Shown here: in pieces, positions 16,412 to 26,534 of the stretch
Layout: each line of letters starts with the position of its first letter
Position numbering within the stretch: the first letter of the stretch is position 1
Assembly: GCA_000320545.1 (NCBI GenBank)
Contig: ADNK01001054.1
Span: forward strand, 1-37,481
DNA length: 37,481 nt
DNA from: Bigelowiella natans CCMP2755
Taxonomy: Eukaryota; Protista; Cercozoa
Direction of reading: 5' to 3'
Translations under genes and position numbers: made by a program
Notes under the pieces: model-generated
Told to the model about the DNA's origin: nothing
The model's database searches: none
Seen by the model: the letters and a program-made list of their open reading frames with translations, nothing else

Positions 16412-17362
16412 TCAATATAATAAATGCGGAAAGAATGAAGCTGGCGACGTATGTCGTCGTTCTCGTGCACCACTGATATCATTGGATCTCTCGTCACCGC
16501 GTTGAATTAGGGAGGGGGCTGGATTCTTCTCGGCTGCATCATTGTGTCGTATCTCGTGTACGAAAGCATTAAAAGCGCCTGGATGAGGACATACGTCGTG
16601 GTAGTAATAAACACGAGCCACTCAAACCAGTTCGCCGTGCTTCTTTTGACCAACTCTGGCTATTGTAGTTTGCCGTAATGAGCGTGGAACAACTCCCCCC
16701 CATCCCCCGCTATTCTACGACAGGTTTTTCCGTATCATCAACAATCGAACGAGCTGCTGCTTGGGCTGCAGAAGCGAGGTAGGAGTCAGGAGCAAGGGTC
16801 TCCGACGGAGTAAAGAGAGGAGGGAAAGCACAATATATTCTCTCAGCATCATCATACTAACGCTTGTTGTTGTTATCACTAGGCTTTTTCAAAGGGTACC
16901 TAAATGGGTATGGCGGGAAAGTTGATCCAGGTGTTCTCTTCTGCCTCCCCCCCCCCCCTTTCCCACTCCCTCCCGCCTTCCTTCATCACCTTTCGTCGTC
17001 AATGCTGCGGCCAGAAATTGAGACAATTGTATCAGTGATGAAGATCATGTGTTATACACATGTATGCAGGCGAAGATCCTGTAGAGGCAGCCTACCGTGA
17101 GCTTGAGGTGAGGATGAGAACAACGCATTAGTTCATTCACAATTTTCGATATAGTTCCACAAAAAGTCGCGACTTGCTTCTTGCATAACACGTAAAGAAA
17201 TCAATTGCGACCGTAAACTTTCGGCATCATCGCCGTAACCTCCATCCAACTGCAATCGATTCTCTGCGGGGTTTGTGGCATGTTTGAACCTCTGAAGCAA
17301 ACCTTTGAAACAGAGCGGCCGCCTTTTTTGGGATCACATTAAAGTTAGGTTTGAAATGGGAT

Positions 17363-17393
<31 letters not shown>

Positions 17394-17491
17394 CGTCGTC
17401 GTCATCATCGTCGTCGTACAGGAGGAATCAGGGCTTATGAAGCAAGAAGGCATGACTCTGGTTGGGGTGAAGGTCGTCTCCACGAACACAC

Positions 17492-17528
<37 letters not shown>

Positions 17529-17739
17529 GTGTAATAATGAGGATGATGATGCTACTGAAAACGATACCGACAAAGAAGACCAGCCCTGAAGTGTATGCCA
17601 TATATCAGGTTGCCAAAGGAGCGATTCACTTCGTGTTTGTGTGCGGGATCGACGACAACGGCAAGGAAAGCGTTTGTGAGACGGAAGAGGCGGTGCCTAA
17701 GTTCCTGAGCATTCCTCACATAATATCTCAGGTACGTTC

Positions 17740-17782
<43 letters not shown>

Positions 17783-18325
17783 CCAAACACAGTAATAATG
17801 TGCTATATATGTATATATATCACCACACTCTATATGATAACAACTACTCAAAAGAATTGCTACTACTTTATACATTCTCTTTCCTCGTCGCCGTCCTTTG
17901 CAAAGCCGGTTTCCACCTAATAACTTAATGAGAACAACACCTTGAGAAAGGGTATCTTTTACCCCTTGCAGAATCATCTGACACTCTGCGTGTATATCTG
18001 CTGGTTTTTCCTCCTCTCCTTCCTCCTCCTCTTCCTCCTACTGCTGCTATAATATTCAGATTTCGAGATCATGCAGCGAGTACGCTTTAGTAGCGACGAA
18101 TGTGGAGCTCGTGTGCCGTCATCTCCTGGGGGACCAGCACCACCAACAACTACAGCAGCACGTGGGAGGGCAGCAACCAAACGTCAATCAGCATAGTAAC
18201 TTAATAAGCAGCAGCTGCAGAAGCGTTGCAGTCAATGTTGATAATGCAAGGGATGGGGAGGGAAAGGCTGTTGGGGGAAGAAGCCGAGACACCGCTAATG
18301 GCAGCAGCGGCAGCAGTACCAGCAT
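16412..18325 (-). CDS. Hypothetical multi-exon secreted/type I membrane protein
   Basis: Signal-like start MLVLLPLLPLAVSRLL; putative exons GNRLCKGRRRGKRIYYVRNAQELRHRLFRLTNAFLAVVVDPAHKHE and a C-terminal TM exon PELVKRSTANWFEWLVFITTTTYVLIQALLML. Exon chain not fully resolved, and a competing + strand exon exists at ~17609-17731. Confidence 0.35.
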
Positions 18326-18639
18326 AATAACCCGGAGGTCGCCGCCTCTATTCACTCCGCTTGCATACAAATTCGAACCTGGATCTGATCAGGTGGCCTC
18401 CTCTAACCCCGCCTCCCCATTTGTCTTTTCTTCCGCCTTTCCCTGTCCTTTCTTCAGAGAGAAATTGTTTCCGGAGAGAGCCGGTGAGGCGCTCCCTCGT
18501 ATACATGCTTGCTGATGCATTTTTTTGCGGATGCTGCAATCTTCCGGTTAGGTGCTGCTGATACCCGTGGAAAAGAAAGGGGTCATCAGATGCACAGACC
18601 CGTTCTATCGTGCAGGACTTTAGCCGGCGAAATTGATAC

Positions 18640-20050
18640 ATAACAAAAATGTATGCGACAGCAGCTATCGACGCTGCTCTAATCCTAGAGGCTTGTAAGC
18701 TAATGCCAAATGTAACAATCGATCCGGGTTATTGCACATATGATACCGATATTTATTTGAAGCCGCAGCACACGGCTAGCACATTGCATGCTATTGCCTG
18801 GTGACCACTGCGAGGCCATGAATGCCTTGTTGTAGTAATATATGCAAAATTTACTTATTGCTTTACATATTTCCGCCGAGCTCGAGGGCTTAATGAAATT
18901 ATTAAATTCTTTTAATGGTCATCCCAATATAGCTGTGCAAAGCAGCGGCCACAGCGCTTATGTGAGACCTAGAGGCAGACGTAATAATAATGATATGATT
19001 AAATCTTTTTCAATGTTCATCCTAATATAGCTATGCTACTATGCAAAGCTAGAAAGCTGCACCCTATCCACACTGTTGTTGTCATCTAGCTAGCTAGCTC
19101 AAGCAGTTCGATTTGCGGCTGCATGTCTAGATGTAGCCCATTCTAGCATTTGCATCTATTAGCTAGTAGATGGCGCTAGAGCGTGTTATTGGTGGGTAAA
19201 CAGCATGTCTAGATGTGTATAGTATGTGTACGTATCGTGTCACTCATCTAGTCAAGTTGCATGAAAGCGACGTGCGTGCGTCTAGACGACTCGTGGCGGG
19301 GTCAAGTTTAGCGCACGTACATCGATCAGATGCAGCCAAAACTAGATGACTAGAAGATGCTAGCACGGCGCATGCTAGCATGTCAGGCTAGCAGGCGGGC
19401 GGGATACGTCGACACGTCGTACGGTCGTGCTAGCAGCGTGCATGGGGCGATTGCTGCCGCACAGCAGAACATGCCATAGCATGCATGCCTGTCGTCGCCT
19501 GCATTGGCTAGTTGGCTACGTGCTAGCGTGCACATCAAGATCTCTAGCTAGCTAGCTTGGGCACTGTGCTACAGTGCGCGCGAGCACATGATCAAGAGCA
19601 AATAATGATAATTTGCCTTCTGCTGCTAGCTTATTTGCTTGACTGCTTCATGCTAGCTGGCGGTCGCTTGGCACTGCCAAACTGCTACAACTGCATTTTG
19701 CATATCGATAAATCGATTGACATATCTAGATATGCACGCAACGCATCGCACAAACACCGCCTTATATTGCGCATTCAGTCAGGCTACACTAGCTGCAGGT
19801 CATCTATCCGCGCATGTCTAGATTTGTCCAGGTGTGACTTCAACGCACACATCATCACTTGTCACATGCAAACACTCAACATGTCGTGCAAATTGGCAGC
19901 AAAGGCACATTGTAATGATGTGGATACATCTTGACATGCACGTGTATGTAGCAGCATCTATGCTGCCAAAATTTGCTAAATGGTGCCCAGATGTAACCTT
20001 CCGGCGGCCAGCATCTAGCATACGCCCTTGATCAAGATGCACATGTTCAT
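18640..20050. other. Intergenic palindrome-rich / purine-pyrimidine-alternating tract (largest of several)
   Basis: Dense GCATGC, GCTAGC, TCTAGA, CTAG and TGCA words, no credible ORF; same texture at ~1880-2040, 9800-10430, 25800-26169, 31886-32120 and 35830-36300. Confidence 0.7.
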
Positions 20051-20122
20051 TTAAAAAGATGCTCTTTCCTTTCACTTGTCTCCCTTGCAAGAGTCTTACC
20101 TACACATTTAGTATTATATATA

Positions 20123-20160
<38 letters not shown>

Positions 20161-20274
20161 GGCTCTTGCTGTGTATGCGTGCAACATCCATCAGTTCTTT
20201 CGTTGTTGTGTTGGTTCACGTCACATGTTGGTATGTGAGTTCCCTATATGTATAGTATTATATATACGGGGCTC

Positions 20275-20613
20275 TTACCCTTGCGCTTCCTCTGCGGCAT
20301 CATCGAGGATCTTAAGGGCATCTTTCACCTGATTCGTTGGATCAAACGAGCAATTCAATCAGTCTTCATTTGCATAGTGGGGTCACATAGCATACAATAT
20401 CTATATATATATATATATATATAAATAATATATGTACATATATAATATATATGATTGTTTAAAGAGTTTGAGATGGAAAGTTTGGTTGGGGAAAACTTGG
20501 GGAACAGGCTATCACAGAGTATAGCAGCGACGAATTACACTTTCCCCATTTGACGCGCTAAGCGCGAGAATGCATCCCCCAAATACGATCCACCACCACG
20601 ATCGTACACATCT

Positions 20614-20655
<42 letters not shown>

Positions 20656-21069
20656 AGTCGTACGCGCGAGTGCACACATGCATGCGGCGCTGCTGCTGCT
20701 GCTGATGCTGCTGCTGCTGCTAACCTGATCTTGCAGAAGGTTGTCGTCCTCCACGCAGTTAACTAGATCCTCTACTTTCATCTCGAGGAGCATACCGGTG
20801 ATCTTGCCTGTTTTCTCGGCCTGATCTCCCGGGCCATTTATTATAGTCTTATCCCAGTGCGAAAGGAGCTCTTGGATTTTAGGGTACAGCAGCTCCCCGA
20901 GGTGCTCGGTGGCATCTTCTGCGGAAAGTCCTGCTATCGTGTTTGCCAATTCTGACTGTTGCGCTGGCTGTCCTTGGGCAAGTTGTTGCTGCTGCTGCTG
21001 CTGCGGTGCCGGTGCCGGTGCCTGTGCCTGGGCGCCCTGCGACATCATATTCAAGTATTTATGTTGTGA

Positions 21070-21104
<35 letters not shown>

Positions 21105-23094
21105 GGTGATGATGGTGATGGCTGGTGGGGGTAGTGGTGCTTCGTAACACATTATGCGATCGAAGGGATAATTCGCCCCCTCCCCCCCTACACACGCACA
21201 GACACATAGCGCAGATGTCCCCTTCTCGGAGTTTGAGCCCCTCGTCCTTTCTTCTCATCATCCTCTTCTTCTTTCTCACTGATACTACTATCACTACTAC
21301 TACTACTACTTACTACAAGTACTAGCAGTGGTCTGTAATACCAACCTGCTGTGGTAGTGGCTGCCCGCCCCCTGCTTGGATACTCAAGGCTGCCATTTGA
21401 TTCTGTAGCATTTGTGTCTGTTGCTGCTGCTGCTGCTGCTGGCCTTGAGGACCACGCTGCTGCATAACATACTGCGGAGCAGCTCCTCCTTGTTGCATCG
21501 CCATCATCTGCTGTGGCGTCATCTGCACCATTCCCTGCTGCTGCATTTGATGGTTTCGTGCGTTAGCAGTAAGCTTGTAGTTCGCACCCCCCTTGCGGCC
21601 CCGACCGCGGCCACCCCGCATGGCGTTCTGGGGCTGCATCATCTGGTTTGGCATGCGCTGCTGTTGCTGCTGCATGGCGTTGGGGTAGAAACGGGTATTG
21701 CGGGGTACCAGCGGCTGGGCCGCTATGAACACCGGTCTCCCTGCAAACTGCTGCTGCGGGAACATGAAACCTGCTTGGGGGTGCACGCCGCCAGGGTACA
21801 TGTTCTGCATGGCCTGCTGTCGGTTGTACTTTTCCTGCAGCTTCCTCATTCGCTCTGCCTTCGTCTGCGCCAGCGCGACGTAGAGGAGCTTATTGTGGAC
21901 CACCTGCTTGTTCATGGCGGTCACAGCCTTGGTTGCCGCCTCCTGGGAAGCGAAGTTGACGAACCCGAAGCCGCGATGGACACCGTTCTCGACCTTGACG
22001 TGCGCGGACTTGATCTCCCCGTACTCGCCGAAAATCTGGTTGAGCTTTTTCTCGTCTATGTCGTCGGCGAGGTTCTTGATGAATATGTTGGTGCCCTCGT
22101 TCTTCTCTCTTCGCACGAAGTTCCGTCTCTGGCGCATGCGCGCCTTTTTGGAGTAAAATGGCCCGACGAATAGCTCCTTGCCCTCGCAGACGGAGTTGTT
22201 GAGCTTATCAATCGCCTTCTTCGCGTCCTCGGGTGTCGTGAATGCGACGTAACCATAACCCTTCGACTTTCCGTCCTCCTCAACCTCGAGTTTCACGCTG
22301 GAAATCTCCCCGCACTCCTCGAACATCTTTCGAAGTGTCTCCTCCTTGAACTCCTCAGTAACGGGAAGGTTTTTGACAAAAAGGTTTGTAGGTCTCTTCT
22401 CGCGCTCCGAGGAGGGGATGTAGGGGGTGACAATCATACCATCCTTGTCATTCATCTCAGCGATTGCTTTTTTGGCCGACTCTTCAGTCTTGAAGTGGAC
22501 CATACCATAGTTGAGGTATTTTCCATCCTTCTCTGGAACCTTCACGGAAAGGATCTCGCCATATTTCTCGAACAGATCGTGCAGACCCTTGTTGTCGGTG
22601 CCTTCTGGCAAATTTTTGATATGGATGTTGCCCTTTCCAGATTTACGAAGGTAGGGATCGCGGTTCACCCACATCACACGGCACGGCTTGCCGGATATCT
22701 TGGTGAAATTCAGCATCTTCAGGGCTCTTTCCGCTGTGTATCCATTTGTTGTTAATTAGCTCACAGTGCAGATATTCATAAACTTACATTAGTTTTAACA
22801 TGGGGTGGGATATCTTAACACATTTCGCTGTCTTCCTCCCCAGCCATCTGTCACTTCTATGAGCTAAAATTTCGATCATGCGTTGAAATTCTACAAGAAG
22901 TCAGACAGCATACCGTGATCAGCTTGGCTGTAGTTGATGTACGCATAGCCCAGGGACTGCTGAGTGTGATGGTCTCTGCAGACACGGATACTCTCGATCC
23001 TCCCGATTGGTTCAAAGACCCTCATAAGATCAGTCTCATTGACCTCGGGTTTAAGGTCACCGACGAAGATCGAATGTCCTCTTGGGTGTGACAT
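20275..23094 (-). CDS. PAB1: Cytoplasmic poly(A)-binding protein (4 RRMs, Q/P-rich linker, MLLE domain)
   Basis: Exons 23094-22914, 22733-21346, 21036-20725 and 20328-20275 join in frame at GT-AG. RRM motifs SIFVGDL/SLGYAYINY, GNIHIKNL, TNLFVKNL/SKGYGYVAF, TNIFIKNL/HRGFGFVNF; MLLE motifs LGELLYPKI and GKITGMLLEM. Confidence 0.97.
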
Positions 23095-24661
23095 GGTTTT
23101 GTTGGTTGACTTTCTTTTTTCTCTTGCTGACTCCGTGAAGTCAGGGTTTGTGTTAATTTGTGTTTTTTGTTCTTGGCTTTCCGGAAGAGGGTATTCTGTT
23201 CCAACAAAGAGGGTTTTCTTCATCAGGGAATAAAAATACTTCTTCATAGAATCGCACACACACACACAGTCATTCATGCCAACATCAGAAGCGGCAACTA
23301 ATGTTTACTAACGTTGAAAAGTTTGAAAACAAATGCCGCAACCAACGAATGGGTTTACCAACAAATGGTTTTAAGACACAACATTCGCTGTCCCTTCCCA
23401 GATGTGAAAACAAGAACACAAGTTAATATCTGTATTTAATCCACTTCTACAACAAATCCTACACCAGGGGGTTTAGAGAAGGGGGAAAGCGAACCTTCCT
23501 CCGTTGGCTCCGAAGTTTTAGCCTTTTTCGTTCAGACCGACTCGCATAAAACACTCATTGACAGTATTAATATAGATTGCGACATCGTAAAAAGGCCGAA
23601 GAAAAGGATTTCGGGATCAGCGAAGAATCTTTTAGTGAGCATTCGTAGGCTTAATCCAAGGCGAAATTAATGAGTCCTAACAGTCTTAACAATGTGTTGG
23701 GCTTCTTGTTTCGCATTGAATCTATTAAGTTCAGAGAAAGAGACAACCCCTTCAACGAAAATCAGCTGAAATATCCATGGGGATGCAGAATGCTACGCGC
23801 TTATCGAAATCTCCGAATCTCGGCATTTTAAATATGAGTGGATCTTCTCGTACAAACTATAGAATGCAATTCTTAATTCTGATGCGACAACAGAAATACG
23901 TTAATCCATATTTATCGAGAGAATGGGATCCTTTTTGCATCTACTGGAGCCAAACTCCGTGGAAAACGTGAAAATATCCCAGAAGTACCGCGTTGAGAAT
24001 CTGCTCCAGAGTAATTTCAATAGGGAGACTAAAAGTAGATGCGACAACCATTTGTGGGTGAAACCAAAACTAAATTCACATTTTTTTCGAACTGGCCAGG
24101 CCCGTGTCCTTGAGAACACAAAGTAATCTTCAGATCTATTGATATCATATTTCTCAACTATATACCGGTATTTAAAAATAATATCAAATATCGTATGTAT
24201 TTTCAATATAAAATTTCTCATTTTGTTTCCATATATCAGAATTTATTTTTCAATTTAAACATTTGTAAGGTATTACATGTTGTATAGATTTAAACAAAAT
24301 AGATCATATAGAGTAAAATAAGAAGTAGAGACGAGTGTATACTGCATATTTTGAATTATTATGGGACATATTGTCAGTAGTTATGTGCAAATCTTGGTAA
24401 TATTTACTATATGTCTGAAAGTAAACTACTGAAGCGGCTTTCAGAGAGATTTAAAACCGTCACTGATTCAAGTAGTGCCTGATATATCACAATTAATTTA
24501 TTAATTATACCACAGATAGGTTGTCGCAAATAATTATATACACGCTTTCAAATAATTATACTTTGTGAGGGTGTAGATTTTGTTTCTGAAACAATTTGTG
24601 TCTGAGCAGAGTGCAGACCTCCCCCACCTTCTAATCCAAGGCACACTTAGAGGGTATTGAT

Positions 24662-25610
24662 ATGTTCACTCGACGTATTATTTCCTCCCTGGTGTCCAAA
24701 AATGCTCCAAAAGGAGCTCGTGGTTTTGCTTCTGAGAAGGAGTTGCGTGATCGTCTCTCCACCATCAAGAACATCTCAAAAGTTACCAAGGCTATGAATA
24801 TGGTTGCCGCAGCGAAGCTTAGAAAGCATCAGGATGCTCTTGAGGTTGCAAACAACTTCTCTTCCGGCCTTGACGGTATGTTCTTCGAAGCAGAGTCTGA
24901 TAAGCCAGCTATGGTACTCCCAGTATCCACGGACAAGGGCTTGTGCGGCGGTGTGAACACCTTTGTCAACCGTGAGGCTAAGAACACCATGATTGGCATG
25001 CAGGATAAGAACGAGAAGTTCACACTCTTCACCTATGGCCAGAAATCTAAGGGAAATCTTGGCAGAGTTTTTGGAAGTTATCAGACAGGAGGGATTGTTG
25101 ATTGCACGGGTGGGAACCCAGTGACTTTCTCTGAGGCATGCGAAGTTGCTGCAATCATTGCGGAGCAGGACTTTGGAAATGCGAAGATCGTTTACAATTC
25201 ATTCGTAAATATCATTTCCTACGATACTACTACAATCTCTGTTCCTTCAGCAGAAGCCTTCGAAGCAGGAGCTGAGAAGAAATTTGAGGCATACGAAGAA
25301 GAAGGTCAGTTCTGAAAAGTAAGTTACATATAAATTCGCGTTTCACTAAGTTTTCCTAATACAAGGTGACGAGGGAGGACTGATGAAGAACTTCTACGAG
25401 TTTATGCTCGCTGTGAAAATGTACGGAATCATCAATAATGCTCAGACCTGTGAGCAATCATCTCGAATGACTGCTATGGATAACTCATCTTCAAACGCTG
25501 ATGAGATGTACGAGAAGCTTCTGCTCCAGGCCAACCGTGTGAGACAGGCAAAGATTACCAAGGAACTTATGGAGATTGTCGGTGGTGCATCAGCTGTCCA
25601 GGACTCTTAA
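24662..25610 (+). CDS. ATP3: Mitochondrial F1-ATP synthase gamma subunit, 2 exons (24662-25304, 25366-25610)
   Basis: Basic presequence ending ARGFAS; motifs KNISKVTKAMNMVAAAKL, DKGLCGG, EQSSRMTAMDNSSSNA, NRVRQAKITKELMEIVGGA; a 61-nt GT-AG intron keeps the frame. Confidence 0.97.
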
Positions 25611-26169
25611 ACTCAAATTACCTAAGAAGATAATATCCCCGGAAATCTGTGCGGTCGATCAAACAGTTCAATGGAGTATCGAATTTGAATCTAATTGAAT
25701 AACCCCTGTGTTGGTACGATTAGATGCCTCTCAGTCTCATCTTAGTAAAGTGAATGCCTTCATGTAGTGAATAATACTGAGAGATATCACTAAGCACTAG
25801 ATAGTTAATTTGCGCTGTACACACAGGCTAGCAGGGTTGCTGCCATCGCACCACGACGATTCATGTCCTGTTGATTGCAGCAATCCAAGCACGTGCGAGG
25901 TCGAATGATCTGACCATGTCCAGCACATGTCGTCACATCTAGACACACTTGCGCATGCATGCAATGCACACAGCGGCGGCTGCACTGCGTGCCCCACACA
26001 ATGACACGCGCCGCGCGCTCACGGCTGCGCTGGCCTGGCACATGCATGATGACTGCTCGTTGCTGTCAATGTTCGTTTGCATGCGAGGCTGCACAAATGC
26101 ACGCTGCATGATCGCACATCGATGCGATGTGATGCGATGCGGCCAGCACACGTGAGGTAGACGTGATTA

Positions 26170-26495
26170 TGTAGCGCGTACCACTACGCGGGCACAAGTC
26201 ACGTGCGACAACAAAGGGGTTGTCGCGGATATAGAATATAGATAACGTAGATATTAATACAGCATAGGCACGTGGGTTCCGGCGGGACTCATGGCAGCAC
26301 ACCGGAAGTGTGCTGCCCCACGTGCGGCGGCATTCGCGAAAGCTTCGCGAATGATTACGCAGTGCACGATTTAATAAAAATATAATCTTTAATAAAAATA
26401 AACACAACTCTTCAAAAGGAAGCAAACGTGCCTTTCCCCCCCCCTGCCTACTTGTGCACGTAGCGCCTCGGCCTGTGAACACCTTACGCGCAACA
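26170..26495 (+). repeat. 5' LTR (326 bp)
   Basis: TGTAGCGCGTA...TACGCGCAACA (10/11 terminal inverted repeat); identical by eye to 31560-31885; duplicated TTTAATAAAAATA poly(A)-signal-like motif. Confidence 0.97.
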
Positions 26496-26500
26496 ACCTT

Positions 26501-26518
26501 TGGCTTCCACAAACGGGA
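26501..26518 (+). promoter_or_regulatory. Putative primer-binding site
   Basis: TGGCTTCCACAAACGGGA begins with TGG (complement of tRNA CCA) 5 nt after the 5' LTR; primer tRNA not identified. Confidence 0.6.
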
Positions 26519-26534
26519 AACGATTTGACTAACA

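Noticed and set aside
21412-22173. 253-aa plus-strand ORF
   Set aside because: Antisense shadow of the GC3-rich PABP exon 2.
26066-26512. Duplicated 125-148 aa minus-strand ORF (also 31513-31890)
   Set aside because: Antisense reading of the two identical LTRs; starts and ends differ and there is no recognisable motif.
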